From an uncultured Candidatus Saccharibacteria bacterium (GTDB taxonomy: Bacteria; Patescibacteriota; Doudnabacteria; UBA920): 64,000 nucleotides of DNA. Numbering within the stretch: position 1 is the stretch's first letter; the number at the start of each line of letters is the position of its first letter. The stretch lies in NCBI GenBank assembly GCA_964631145.1, contig CAZVXT010000001.1, positions 553,797-617,796 on the forward strand, in the 5' to 3' direction. A program made the position numbers and the translations under genes. The notes beneath the pieces are model-generated. The model was not told the origin of the DNA. It saw only the letters and a program-made list of their open reading frames with translations, and ran no database searches. Below are positions 41,102 through 51,438 of this stretch, in pieces.

Positions 41102-41686
41102 TTAACTACCAAGGATAAATCTAGAAAATCTGCGAACCTGAATATTTTCGCCCATTTTTCCTGTTGCTTCACCAAGAAGTTCTGCAACTGTTTTTGAACT
41201 ATCTTTAACGTAAGGTTGATTTAGAAGACAAACTTCTTCGAAATACTTCTGGACTTTACCTTCTAGCATTTTTTCTAAGATGTCAGCAGGTTTATCACCA
41301 GCCTGTTCTTTGTAGATTTCTTTTTCTTTTTCTACAACTTCACTAGGAACTTGTTCGCTAGAAACATACAAAGGATTACTTGCTGCAATATGCAATGCCA
41401 AACCTTTTGCTAGTTCTTTAAAATCTTCTGTGCGAGCCACAAAGTCTGTCTCACAGTTAAGCTCCACCAATGCTCCAATACGTCCGCCAGCATGAATATA
41501 ACTTTCGATCACACCTTCGTTGGCGATGCGATCAGCTTTTTTAGCTTGCTTTGCCAAACCTTTTTTACGCAAAATTTCTAAAGCTTTATCTTGATCACCA
41601 CCAGCTTCTTCTAAAGCTTCTTTTACATCTACAATTCCAGCTCCAGTTTGTTCGCGCAAGGATTTTAATAAATTGTTATCAGCCAT
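41102..41686 (-). CDS. tsf: Elongation factor Ts (short form)
   Basis: N-terminal UBA-like LLKSLREQTGAGIVDVKEALEEAGGDQDKALEILRKKG. Confidence 0.85.
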   Translation of the reverse strand: MADNNLLKSLREQTGAGIVDVKEALEEAGGDQDKALEILRKKGLAKQAKKADRIANEGVIESYIHAGGRIGALVELNCETDFVARTEDFKELAKGLALHIAASNPLYVSSEQVPSEVVEKEKEIYKEQAGDKPADILEKMLEGKVQKYFEEVCLLNQPYVKDSSKTVAELLGEATGKMGENIQVRRFSRFILGS

Positions 41687-41742
41687 AAATTTAATTTAAA
41701 TTAATTTTTTATTTTGCCTTAATAGGTTTAAAACTTGATTGA

Positions 41743-42447
41743 TTATTGCTTTGCATTAACTGCACTGCTACGACCTTCTGCAATAGCATCCGCAATAATA
41801 CCGGTAATCAAAGTAACAGCGTGACTAGAATCGTCATTTGCTGGAATTGGATAATTAACCAAATCTGGGTTTGTATTAGTATCTGTTATAGCAATTACAG
41901 GTACTTTCATTTTGCGAGCTTCTGCCAAAGCAATATCATCATGATGAATATCAACAATAAATACAGCTTGTGGGGTGCGCTTCATTTCTTTAATACCTTC
42001 AAAAAGTTGAGTTAACTTTTCAATTTCACGTTCGATAAGCAAACGTTCTTTTTTGGTATACTTTACATCAAAATCTGCAGAAGCTTTTTGTTGTTCTAAT
42101 TTTTCTAGCTTACGAACTGTTTTTTGAATAGTTCTGAAGTTAGTAAAAGTTCCACCTAACCAACGTAAGTTTACATACGGCATGCCAATCTTAGATGCTT
42201 GTGCTTTTACAATATCGCGAGCTTGGCGCTTTGTGCCTATAAATAAAATGTTACCGCCAGCTTTTGCAATATCACCAGCAAACTTTGCAGCCTTTTCTAA
42301 AGCTGTTTTGGTTTTTTCTAAATCAATGATATGTACATTATTGCGGGTCGCAAAAATATACTGCTTCATTTTTGGATTCCAGCGGGAAGCCTTATGCCCA
42401 AAGTGAGCACCGCTTTTTAGCAACTCTAAAAGACTAATATCTTTCAT
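41743..42447 (-). CDS. rpsB: 30S ribosomal protein S2
   Basis: LLKSGAHFGHKASRWNPKM N-terminal signature. Confidence 0.9.
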   Translation of the reverse strand: MKDISLLELLKSGAHFGHKASRWNPKMKQYIFATRNNVHIIDLEKTKTALEKAAKFAGDIAKAGGNILFIGTKRQARDIVKAQASKIGMPYVNLRWLGGTFTNFRTIQKTVRKLEKLEQQKASADFDVKYTKKERLLIEREIEKLTQLFEGIKEMKRTPQAVFIVDIHHDDIALAEARKMKVPVIAITDTNTNPDLVNYPIPANDDSSHAVTLITGIIADAIAEGRSSAVNAKQ

Positions 42448-42619
42448 GTTGTTATCCTTTCACACCTATTTCGCGTCCGGTTTTATCTCTAGTAAGAGCC
42501 ATAAAACTGCAGGATAACTGCGAAATATGTTTAATTAATACAAAAAAAGTATAACAAACCTTGACTATTTTGGCAAGGGCGGGTATAATTACCAAAGCAT
42601 AAACCTTGATTATTTTTAT

Positions 42620-42883
42620 ATGAAAACAGGAATTCACCCAAAATATAACGACACTGTACAAGTAGCTTGTGCATGTGGCAACAAATTTACAACTGGTTCA
42701 GTTTTATCTCAAATCGATACTGAAATCTGCAGCAATTGTCATCCGTTTTATACTGGAAAGCAAAAGATTTTAGATACTACTGGTAATGTTGACCGCTTTA
42801 GTAAGCGTCGTGCTGCTGGAGAAAAAGCTTTGGCAGAAAAGAAAGAAAAAAAGCCTCGTAAAGCTCGCGTTGCAAAAGCTTAA
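42620..42883 (+). CDS. rpmE: 50S ribosomal protein L31 with Lys-rich C-terminal extension
   Basis: [23 protein letters not shown]…[12 protein letters not shown]; extra ~20 aa K/A-rich tail. Confidence 0.8.
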   Translation: MKTGIHPKYNDTVQVACACGNKFTTGSVLSQIDTEICSNCHPFYTGKQKILDTTGNVDRFSKRRAAGEKALAEKKEKKPRKARVAKA

Positions 42884-42896
42884 CAAATACTTAAAA

Positions 42897-42923
42897 AAGA
42901 CCCATTTTCGGGTCTTTTTTTAT
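42897..42923 (+). terminator. Intrinsic terminator after rpmE
   Basis: agaccc-attttc-gggtc hairpin plus T8. Confidence 0.7.
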
Positions 42924-43008
42924 TCCCTGCTTATATTCTCAACTATTGACATTTTATTAAATTTATGATATGATATCATCATAAAATCAAAAAAAATTGG
43001 AGGAAACT

Positions 43009-43620
43009 ATGAGTAAAGATACTAAAGACTTTTTAGGATTTATGGGGTTAATTATTGGAATGATTTTGCTATCAGCAATTTTAACTGCAATATTTGGAGA
43101 TGGGATCATCAACATGATTGGCAGTTTAATTGTGTTATATGCTATAGTAGCCATCCCATGCCTGCTAATAGCGTTTGTCAGCCTGTTTGTATTTGTCAAA
43201 AAAGGCAATTACACCAATGGCAAAGAAACTCTACGTCGAGCATTTTTAATTAGTTTATTCTTTGTTTCATTTCATCTCGTTTTTAGCTGGCATTTAGGTC
43301 AACTAAAAAATGAATTTGATGCAAAAAGCTGGAACTGCAACGAAGACAGCATCAATGCTGTTTACGAATGCAACGGTAATCTTGATGAAATTATTTATCG
43401 TCGCAATATAACGATGAATAATTCTCACTTCATTAATGTTGGCAGTTGGTGGACAAATGGTTTAATCAATACCCGGTTTATGGCACACATCTTTGTGCCA
43501 GGAATCAAATGGATTAAAGATTGGTATTATGCTAAGCCGAAAGTTACAAAACCAATAAACAACTCAAAAATGACAAATTCAGAATCAAAAAATGAATCTG
43601 GCAAATGTGCCGGATGTTAA
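43009..43620 (+). CDS. Hypothetical membrane protein
   Basis: GGAGG RBS before ATG 43009; three N-terminal TM helices, Cys-containing extracytoplasmic domain. Confidence 0.45.
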   Translation: MSKDTKDFLGFMGLIIGMILLSAILTAIFGDGIINMIGSLIVLYAIVAIPCLLIAFVSLFVFVKKGNYTNGKETLRRAFLISLFFVSFHLVFSWHLGQLKNEFDAKSWNCNEDSINAVYECNGNLDEIIYRRNITMNNSHFINVGSWWTNGLINTRFMAHIFVPGIKWIKDWYYAKPKVTKPINNSKMTNSESKNESGKCAGC

Positions 43621-43721
43621 CAAACTTTGGGCACGAGACACACTCTCCTCTGCCCTTTTTTATTTACTTTATTCTTTTATAAGCCTTGTTTTAGGCTTTT
43701 TTTAATGGTAAAATAAACATT

Positions 43722-44792
43722 ATGAATCCTGCATTTATACAAATTTTAGAAGAATATCACAAACTAACTAACGAGCTCAGCTCTGGTGAAAATGTAGATA
43801 TTGCTAAACTCGGCAAGCGTCAAGCCGAGCTTTTGCCAGTGGTACAGAAAATTGAGGCACTTCAAAAAATGCAGAGCGATATAGAAGGCAATAAAGAATT
43901 TCTCGACAGCGATGATGAGCAAATGAAAAACATGGCTGCAGAAGAAATCAAAGAGCTGGAGTCAAAAATTATAGAAGTTACTGATCAAATTGAAGAGCTT
44001 CTTTTGCCAAAAGACCCAAACGATGATAAAAATTGTATCTTAGAAATGCGTGCTGGCGCTGGTGGCGACGAAAGTAGCTTGTTTGCAGCAGAAATGTTTC
44101 GAGCCTATTCAAAATATGCAGAAAGCCAAGGCTGGAGCACAAAAATTGTTTCTAGTTCCCGTAGCGATAGCGGTGGCTTTAAAGAAGTGATTTTTGAAAT
44201 TACCGGACGAAGCAGTGGGCAAAGTATGCCTTATTCAAAATTTAAATATGAATCTGGTGTACACAGAGTACAGCGTGTTCCCGAAACAGAAAAAAATGGT
44301 CGTGTACACACCTCAACTATTACTGTCGCTGTAATGCCAGAGCTTAAAGAAAGCGATTATCAAATTGATCCTAAAGATTTAAAGATAGAAGCCACAACCT
44401 CTTCTGGCGCTGGCGGACAAAGTGTTAACACTACATATAGTGCTATTCGTATTGTTCACATCCCTACAGGCATTGTGGCTACATGTCAGGACGAACGCAG
44501 TCAAGCTCAAAATAAAGAAAAAGCGCTAGCAGTAATTCGCGCTCGCGTTTCTAGCTACTACCGCGAGATTGAAGAAGCCAAGCTTACTGCTAATCGCCGT
44601 AGCCAAATTGGGACTGGTGATAGAAGTGAAAAAATCCGCACTTACAATTTCCCACAAGATCGTGTAACTGACCACAGAATAAATAAAAACTTTAATCAGA
44701 TTAGCCTTATCATGGAAGGAGAATTTGAAGATATTATTAGTAGTATCCAAAAAGCTGAAATCGAACTTAAAAAAGAAAACCTAGCCAAGTAA
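43722..44792 (+). CDS. prfA: Peptide chain release factor 1
   Basis: GGQ motif ([23 protein letters not shown]) and RF1-type P-x-T region (RVPETE). Confidence 0.85.
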   Translation: MNPAFIQILEEYHKLTNELSSGENVDIAKLGKRQAELLPVVQKIEALQKMQSDIEGNKEFLDSDDEQMKNMAAEEIKELESKIIEVTDQIEELLLPKDPNDDKNCILEMRAGAGGDESSLFAAEMFRAYSKYAESQGWSTKIVSSSRSDSGGFKEVIFEITGRSSGQSMPYSKFKYESGVHRVQRVPETEKNGRVHTSTITVAVMPELKESDYQIDPKDLKIEATTSSGAGGQSVNTTYSAIRIVHIPTGIVATCQDERSQAQNKEKALAVIRARVSSYYREIEEAKLTANRRSQIGTGDRSEKIRTYNFPQDRVTDHRINKNFNQISLIMEGEFEDIISSIQKAEIELKKENLAK

Positions 44793-45607
44793 TGACTATC
44801 TCTGAAGTTTTTAAAAAATATAATAATATCGAAGTTGAGCTGCTTTTAGAAAAAGTTTTAAAGCTATCTAAAGAGCAGCTTTTTGTTAATCACAAACAAG
44901 TATTAACGGCAAAGCAGGTAGATAAATTGACACGACTTGCTCATGAGAGAGTTAAGGGCAAGCCAATAGCTTATATTTTAGGATACAAACATTTTTATGG
45001 ACTAAAATTTAAGGTCAATAAAAACACTCTTATCCCCCGTCCAGAAAGCGAATGGCTGGTAGATAGAGCTATTAGCCATATTAAAAAGAATAGAGGCAGA
45101 GCTCTTAATATTGCAGATATCGGCACAGGTTCTGGCTGCTTGATAATTAGCACTGCCCATACTGCAGGTAATGATAAAATTAAATACTACGCTTCAGACA
45201 TAAGTTTAGAAGCTCTTAAAATTGCAAAGTATAACAGTCAAATACATCATGCAAATATTTCTTTTAAACATTCAGATTTATTATCAGGATATAAACAAAA
45301 ATTTGATTTAATATTTGCCAATCTCCCCTATGTTCCATTATCTTCTTACCAAAATTTAAAAGAAGGTTTAAAATATGAGCCTCGGAACGCAATTACCACC
45401 GAAGATGAAGTTTGGAAAATTTATAATAGATTTTTAGATCAAGCATCTAATAAACTTAATGCTAATGGCGTTATACTTTTTGAAATTGATCCTCTGCAAA
45501 AACCAATTTTAGGTAAAGAAATAAAAAAAAGAGTACCTGGAGCAAAAATTAAATTTGCTAAAGATATTCAGGGTTTATGGAGATACTGTGAGGTAAAAGC
45601 TGGTTAA
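44792..45607 (+). CDS. prmC: Release factor glutamine N5-methyltransferase
   Basis: IADIGTGSGCL SAM motif and NLPY (NPPY variant); overlaps prfA stop. Confidence 0.75.
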   Translation: MTISEVFKKYNNIEVELLLEKVLKLSKEQLFVNHKQVLTAKQVDKLTRLAHERVKGKPIAYILGYKHFYGLKFKVNKNTLIPRPESEWLVDRAISHIKKNRGRALNIADIGTGSGCLIISTAHTAGNDKIKYYASDISLEALKIAKYNSQIHHANISFKHSDLLSGYKQKFDLIFANLPYVPLSSYQNLKEGLKYEPRNAITTEDEVWKIYNRFLDQASNKLNANGVILFEIDPLQKPILGKEIKKRVPGAKIKFAKDIQGLWRYCEVKAG

Positions 45608-45633
45608 AATTATGTAAATTTTTAGGAGGAAAT

Positions 45634-45987
45634 ATGCAAGTTGTTATAAGCAAGCCGTTCATCAAATCCACTATAGGTTACTGGGGACAATTTATAATAG
45701 CGATAATAGCTGCCGTAATTAAATTTTTCTTTAATATAGATGTTTATACCATATCAATAATTGCTTCTTTTACTGCAGGAGTTATAAATTTTTATTATCA
45801 ACTACAATCTAAACATAGCATAAGCGATAGTCTTAGTAATTCGTTTTTTAAAATAGGTAAACTTTTTACTTTAATTATGGCTTTACTGATAGCTATATTA
45901 GATCCAATTCATAACTGCATAGACATGCTGCTATGGGTAACCGCGGCATACTTGCTAATTTATCTATTTCAAAAACCGCCTAAATAA
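45634..45987 (+). CDS. Hypothetical small membrane protein
   Basis: TAGGAGG RBS; three hydrophobic helices. Confidence 0.45.
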   Translation: MQVVISKPFIKSTIGYWGQFIIAIIAAVIKFFFNIDVYTISIIASFTAGVINFYYQLQSKHSISDSLSNSFFKIGKLFTLIMALLIAILDPIHNCIDMLLWVTAAYLLIYLFQKPPK

Positions 45988-46005
45988 ATAGGCGGTTTAT
46001 TTTAT
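45974..46005. terminator. Bidirectional intrinsic terminator
   Basis: ccgcct-aaataaata-ggcgg hairpin plus T-run. Confidence 0.55.
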
Positions 46006-46008
46006 ATA

Positions 46009-46662
46009 TTATTTAGTTTCTTCAGTTTCTGGCTTTTCTTCTGGACCAACCGCAGCAGCTACTGCAGCGGCTTCATCAACCTCAGAAGCTAAGTCAGCTT
46101 CAACATCGCGAGGTTCCTGAACTTTAGCAACTACTTCGTCTGCTTCTGCTTTAATCTTAACTTTACCACTAACTTTAATATCTTTAACTTCTACAACATC
46201 ATCAAAGGAAGCTAATTTAGAAATATCAACTTCTAAATGCTGAGGCAAGTCACCTGGTAAACATTCAACTTCAACTTCAGATAAAACTTTTACCAAAGTT
46301 CCACCAAAAGCTTTTACAGCATGGGATTCACCGATAAATTCTAAAGGAATATTAGCAGTAATTTCTTCATCCATACGAACTTCTAAAAAGTCTACATGAA
46401 TAGGTTCTGTGGTTAAATAATGCGCTTGAACATCTTGAATCAAAACATTCTTGATATCACCGTTTGGTAAAACCAAACCAATGATAGTGCTTTCACCAGC
46501 TTTACGCAAAACTTTAGTGAAATCAATTAAGTTAACGCTAAGGTGTTGGTTTTGTACACCATGTCCATACAATTCTGCAGGAATTAAACCTTGGCGGTAT
46601 AAGCCTTTAGCAGTACGAGTGCTAAGCTCTCTAGTATTTGCTTGTAAACTAATCTTTTCCAT
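46009..46662 (-). CDS. rplY: 50S ribosomal protein L25 / general stress protein Ctc form
   Basis: RTAKGLYRQGLIPAELYG…HVDFLEV L25 core plus acidic C-terminal extension. Confidence 0.8.
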   Translation of the reverse strand: MEKISLQANTRELSTRTAKGLYRQGLIPAELYGHGVQNQHLSVNLIDFTKVLRKAGESTIIGLVLPNGDIKNVLIQDVQAHYLTTEPIHVDFLEVRMDEEITANIPLEFIGESHAVKAFGGTLVKVLSEVEVECLPGDLPQHLEVDISKLASFDDVVEVKDIKVSGKVKIKAEADEVVAKVQEPRDVEADLASEVDEAAAVAAAVGPEEKPETEETK

Positions 46663-46664
46663 GT

Positions 46665-46973
46665 TTATAGTTTAGTAATTTCCACTTCAGTAAACGCCTG
46701 GCGATGACCGATCTTGCGACGGTACTTGCTTTTTGGCCTATACTTTAACACATGAATTTTATCACCACGACCTTGGTTTAAAATTTTTGCTTCAACTGAT
46801 TTACCTGACAAAAATGGGGTTCCTACCTCATAATCTTTTTCAGAGAAAACAGCTAAAACATCAGAAAAACTGATTGTATCACCGATTTCACCGGCTAGTT
46901 TTTCTACTTGAATTTTATCACCTTTGGCAACCATATATTGCTTACCACCGGTTTGAATAACTGCTAATGACAT
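46665..46973 (-). CDS. rplU: 50S ribosomal protein L21
   Basis: MSLAVIQTGGKQYMVAKGDKIQVEKL. Confidence 0.85.
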   Translation of the reverse strand: MSLAVIQTGGKQYMVAKGDKIQVEKLAGEIGDTISFSDVLAVFSEKDYEVGTPFLSGKSVEAKILNQGRGDKIHVLKYRPKSKYRRKIGHRQAFTEVEITKL

Positions 46974-47084
46974 AAAAATAAAGGTTTTATAAAATTTAAA
47001 TCAATACTTGGATATTTTATCTAACTTTGGCTGGTTTGTCAACAAAAAATTAAAATTATAAGGTTTTAACTAGTGCAAATTGGA

Positions 47085-48131
47085 CTAATGAAGGCTTGTG
47101 CTTAAAATTGTGTCCAAATCAGAGTATTTGAGTTCAAAACCCAAAATTTGGCTAATTTTTGAGTTATCAGCCACGGTTATAGTGGCATCCCCTTCACGAC
47201 GCGGAGATATTTGTACTGGTATAACCTTACCTAAAAATTTTTCTGTAGCGCTTAATATCTGCTTTACAGAATATCCCGAACTAGCCCCAATATTAAATAT
47301 TTGATGCTTTAATTGCTCCATTTTTGGCAAAACAGCACTGTGAGCCCTTGCAATATCCAAAACATGAACATAGTCCCTAATACCTGTACCGTCCGGAGTT
47401 GAGTAATCATCGCCCAGAATATTTAAGTATGGCAAATTGCCACTCGCTACTTCATTGAGCTGAGTTAACAAATGGCTTTTATGGGAAGAATATATAGTTT
47501 TATCAAAATCAGAACCACAAGCATTAAAATATCTAAATATAACTGCGTTAAGCGGGGTAAATTTTGTATAATATTCTATAATTTTCTCACATATCAACTT
47601 TGAATAACCATAAGGATCCAAAGGATTTGTTAAAGCACTTTCGTTGATAGGCATATCTTTCTGAATACCATAAACTGCTGCTGTAGATGAAAAAATAATA
47701 TTATTTACTGCTGCATTATGCATGACTGATAACAAATTCTGGGTTGCGACTGCATTATTCTTAAGATACCAATCAGGTTTTTCTACAGACTCGCCAACTT
47801 CAATACTGGCAGCCAAATGGATAACAGCATTAATCTTGTGTTCTAAAAAAATTCTATTTAAAATACTCAAATCCAACAAATCACCTTGGACAAATTTAGC
47901 TTTAGTATCTAGGTTCTCGGCTTTTCCAGTAGATAAGTTGTCCAAAATAATTACATCATAGCCATCTTTAATTAACTGCCTAACTACATGAGAGCCAATA
48001 TAACCAGCCCCACCGGTAACCAAAACAGTTGATTTAATAGACTGCCCTTGATTTTGAGCTTGAGTCACCAAGCGAGTTAACTGCTCAAGCTGTGGATCGA
48101 TTGTTAAAACTTTATTTAGTATTTGAGACAT
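47085..48131 (-). CDS. galE: UDP-glucose 4-epimerase with ~33-aa N-terminal extension
   Basis: VLVTGGAGYIGSH Rossmann motif, YxxxK; ORF-track start at 48164 is TTG, first ATG is 48131. Confidence 0.8.
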   Translation of the reverse strand: MSQILNKVLTIDPQLEQLTRLVTQAQNQGQSIKSTVLVTGGAGYIGSHVVRQLIKDGYDVIILDNLSTGKAENLDTKAKFVQGDLLDLSILNRIFLEHKINAVIHLAASIEVGESVEKPDWYLKNNAVATQNLLSVMHNAAVNNIIFSSTAAVYGIQKDMPINESALTNPLDPYGYSKLICEKIIEYYTKFTPLNAVIFRYFNACGSDFDKTIYSSHKSHLLTQLNEVASGNLPYLNILGDDYSTPDGTGIRDYVHVLDIARAHSAVLPKMEQLKHQIFNIGASSGYSVKQILSATEKFLGKVIPVQISPRREGDATITVADNSKISQILGFELKYSDLDTILSTSLH

Positions 48132-48268
48132 ATTGTTTTTATTATATCTCTTGATTAACAACAAAACAAATTGTTGATTTATATATAATTATAAACACTT
48201 TGCATTATATTTATTTTACGCAAAATAAAAACTCCTCACATAAAGTAAGGAGTCTTTATTTAAATGAC

Positions 48269-50260
48269 TTATGCTTTGATAAAAGCCATAAGAGCATTAC
48301 GCTTGCGCAAAACTACAAATCCTGCGGTAATTAAGCCGGCAAAGATTGCTGCAGATGTAGCAGCACTACCAGTCTTAGGAGCTACAAAGATTTGCTTACC
48401 TGGAATGTTAACAATTACAGTATTACCATAAGTGTTAGAAATCTTGTAAGTCAAATTTTGAGCTAGACTATTTTTGACACGAACTTTAAAGGTTTTAGTA
48501 ACAGTCTCACCTGCACGAATAGTTACGCTTGGGTAAGTAAGTACAGAACCACTTAAAGTTGCACCATTTGCTTCGATCAAGTCTGCAAGTGGTAACACTT
48601 GAGACAAATCATCGCGGATTACATAATTTACTGCATCACCAGTACCAGTATTGGTAGTAGTAAGAGTAAATGTTACAAAATCTTCGCGAGAAGCATCAGT
48701 AGTAGTAGCATCAACGTTTTTAGTATCGTTGAAAGCACGCTTAGAAAGAACAATATTTGGTTGACCTGGGTTAACAACTACAGTAACAGTTACGTCAGCA
48801 GGGTCATTAACTGGACCAACATTGTCAGCTGCAGCGTAAGCAATGTTGCGGATATAAGTATTTCCAGCAGCAGTTACGGTTGCAGAGAAAGTAATTTGTT
48901 TGCTTTGACCAGGGTTCATAGAACCTAAGATCAAATTACGAGTTGTAGTGTAAGTTACACCATCAACACGAACAGTAGCGGTATCTAAGTTTAATCCTGC
49001 AGGAATAACGTCATCAAATCTTGTGTTTGTTAAGACGGTATTACCAGTATTGGTAACAGTAACTTGATAAGTTACACGTTCACCAGTTTTTGCTGAAACA
49101 ACTTCATTGTAACCAGTTCCAGTAGTATCATTTTTAACTACTTTAGCAATAGAAATTGCAGGATTACCAGGGTTTACAACAGGGTTTACAGTTACTAAAG
49201 CAGTATCAGAAACAGAAGCTGTATTAGTACCCTTAGCAGTAGCGGTGTTTACCAAACTACCAGAAGTAGCAACAGTCTTTGAGTTATAAACAATAACTTT
49301 TTCTTGACCAACTTGCATATCACCAAGGCTAATAGCACCTGGGATTACACTTGATGATGTAATACCATCAATGGTCGCAGTACCAGTTTCGAAATTTACA
49401 CCAGCAGCACCAGTATCAGACAAAACAACGTTTTGTGCTACTACAGAACCAGTATTCTTTACAGCGATGCGATATTGAACACGTTCGTTTTGGTTAACTG
49501 CTACAGAATCAGCAAAAGCTGAATTCTTATCTAAACTACGAACTTGCTTGTTGATGCTTAAAGTAGTGTCTGAAGGAGTAGTTGTACCAGTAACTTTAAA
49601 TTTAAAGCTTAGGAACATACTAAATTCGAAACAAGACTTCATATCACCAAGAGTATAAGTAGAATTACCTATATTCAAAGCACCTTTACCAGCAACTGGA
49701 GCACCTTTGTAGTCATATACATAACCACTATTTGGCACTATTTCCAATTTAGCGTTTGCTGGAGTGTGGATAGTAAAGCTTTGAGTAACAGTGTTAGTGT
49801 TATCACCTTTGAAGGTCACACTAATTTTGTGTTGTGATCCAACAGTAGTATCTGTTACTGTGCTAATTTTTACATTCTTAGCAGTAGTTATAGCTGGGTC
49901 AAGGTTATTAGCTGCACCATTGTGAATGTACATCAATGCAACACCTTGTTGACCAACACCTAGATCCAAACCATTGCTCCAATCAGCAGCAGAAGTTGAG
50001 AACTGAGGGTTTTGTACGTCTAAAGCAGCATCAATTGCTGGAAAGTCCATACACTGAGGAGTATTACTATCAGTGTAAATTACCGGCCAATAGTTTAAGG
50101 TTGGCACAACTGGTGGGTTTTGACAGTTTTCTGCAGAAGTATGGATATTGGTTACCTGCGGAATTGCAAATAAAACAACAGCCAAACCAACAACAGCGAT
50201 TAAACTACCAAATAAACCAAGTTTAGCAAATGAGCGACTTTGGAAAATGTTCTTTAGCAT
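48269..50260 (-). CDS. DUF11-repeat surface protein with N-terminal signal anchor and C-terminal APKTG-TM-basic sorting-like signal
   Basis: Repeats such as RVQYRIAVKNTGSVVAQNVVLSD / RVTYQVTVTNTGNTVLTN / FVTFTLTTTNTGTGDAVNY; C-terminus VAPKTGSAATSAAIFAGLITAGFVVLRKRN. Confidence 0.6.
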   Translation of the reverse strand: MLKNIFQSRSFAKLGLFGSLIAVVGLAVVLFAIPQVTNIHTSAENCQNPPVVPTLNYWPVIYTDSNTPQCMDFPAIDAALDVQNPQFSTSAADWSNGLDLGVGQQGVALMYIHNGAANNLDPAITTAKNVKISTVTDTTVGSQHKISVTFKGDNTNTVTQSFTIHTPANAKLEIVPNSGYVYDYKGAPVAGKGALNIGNSTYTLGDMKSCFEFSMFLSFKFKVTGTTTPSDTTLSINKQVRSLDKNSAFADSVAVNQNERVQYRIAVKNTGSVVAQNVVLSDTGAAGVNFETGTATIDGITSSSVIPGAISLGDMQVGQEKVIVYNSKTVATSGSLVNTATAKGTNTASVSDTALVTVNPVVNPGNPAISIAKVVKNDTTGTGYNEVVSAKTGERVTYQVTVTNTGNTVLTNTRFDDVIPAGLNLDTATVRVDGVTYTTTRNLILGSMNPGQSKQITFSATVTAAGNTYIRNIAYAAADNVGPVNDPADVTVTVVVNPGQPNIVLSKRAFNDTKNVDATTTDASREDFVTFTLTTTNTGTGDAVNYVIRDDLSQVLPLADLIEANGATLSGSVLTYPSVTIRAGETVTKTFKVRVKNSLAQNLTYKISNTYGNTVIVNIPGKQIFVAPKTGSAATSAAIFAGLITAGFVVLRKRNALMAFIKA

Positions 50261-50524
50261 TTTCTTAATTCTCTCCCAAAATATTAATAATTTAATATTT
50301 TGATTAATTAATCTGTTGATTTACCCAACCTTTGCCGGCTGTAAATAAATCATATAAGTATACTTTATTTTTACTATTTTGTCAATATTTATAATCGGTG
50401 ATTGGTCATAAATATAACCAAAATAACAAAAAATGGCTTAATTTAGCCATTTTATGAGATAATTATATCCATTATTATATAGTTTGACAAGTCGGTTAAT
50501 TACTAGATTTATAATATTTTTATA

Positions 50525-50710
50525 TTAAATACCTGAATAAATAACACCTTTAAATTCGTTATTAACGATTAAAGGGATTCCTTTAAAAGCTTTAACCTGT
50601 TGAGCCAATCTTTGCACAGTACAAGCATGTTTTCTACCTGTAGCACAGTGGGCACAAAGTCTGCTTAATTTATTTATAATATCTCGTTTTGTTAATTCTA
50701 ATTCTGACAT
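50525..50710 (-). CDS. Small Cys-containing protein co-transcribed downstream of lexA
   Basis: 12-nt spacing after lexA stop; CAHCATGRKHAC motif. Confidence 0.4.
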   Translation of the reverse strand: MSELELTKRDIINKLSRLCAHCATGRKHACTVQRLAQQVKAFKGIPLIVNNEFKGVIYSGI

Positions 50711-50722
50711 ATATTTCTAATA

Positions 50723-51334
50723 TTATTCTAAGTTTCTAATTACCCCTACAACCTTACCCTGGATCATCCACTCTTCTTTGGGGTAAATATTTTGATAATC
50801 CGGGTTTTCGGCTTTTAAGTAAGCCCGGTTTTTAATTTGCACGAACCTTTTAACTGTTGCTTCGTCGTGCAGCAAAGCAACTACGATATCATTATTTTTT
50901 GCTTCTTTTGTTGGTCTGACAATTACCAAATCTCCTTCATGGATGCCGGCATTAATCATACTGTCTCCCCTAACTCTCAATAAAAATACATCTCGCCTAC
51001 CTTTGATAAATGTTTGAGGTAAATTTATCCAGTCTTCTATAAACTCTTCTGCTAAATGAGGACTACCCGCTTGTACTGATCCCAAAATAGGAACCCGGAT
51101 TAAACCTTTTTCTAAGCTATCATTTAAACTATTAAGAACTTGAATACCTCTTGCTTTACCGCTGGTCTTTATATAGCCACCTTCTTCTAATGCAGATAAT
51201 AATTTCGCTACAGCATTTTTAGATTTTACTTCTAAATGATTTGCCATTTCTGATAACGATGGAGGTAAATTATAATCTCTAATTTGTGAGACTATAAATT
51301 TTAATAATTGTTTTTGTCTGTCTGTTAGGCTCAT
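50723..51334 (-). CDS. lexA: LexA repressor
   Basis: N-terminal wHTH, cleavage-site region VQAGSP, Ser-Lys dyad (VRGDSMINAGI…VKRF). Confidence 0.85.
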   Translation of the reverse strand: MSLTDRQKQLLKFIVSQIRDYNLPPSLSEMANHLEVKSKNAVAKLLSALEEGGYIKTSGKARGIQVLNSLNDSLEKGLIRVPILGSVQAGSPHLAEEFIEDWINLPQTFIKGRRDVFLLRVRGDSMINAGIHEGDLVIVRPTKEAKNNDIVVALLHDEATVKRFVQIKNRAYLKAENPDYQNIYPKEEWMIQGKVVGVIRNLE

Positions 51335-51345
51335 ATATTTATTCT

Positions 51346-51363
51346 TAATCTATTTATAGATTA
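51346..51363. promoter_or_regulatory. 18-bp perfect palindrome upstream of lexA (candidate SOS/LexA operator)
   Basis: TAATCTAT-tt-ATAGATTA 12 nt upstream of lexA start; adjacent cGTTCGTAC element. Confidence 0.4.
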
Positions 51364-51438
51364 TACGTTCGTACACCCAATGTCAATATGTAAAAAACAA
51401 GGCAAATTTGCCTTGTTTAATAATTTATCCACAATTAT

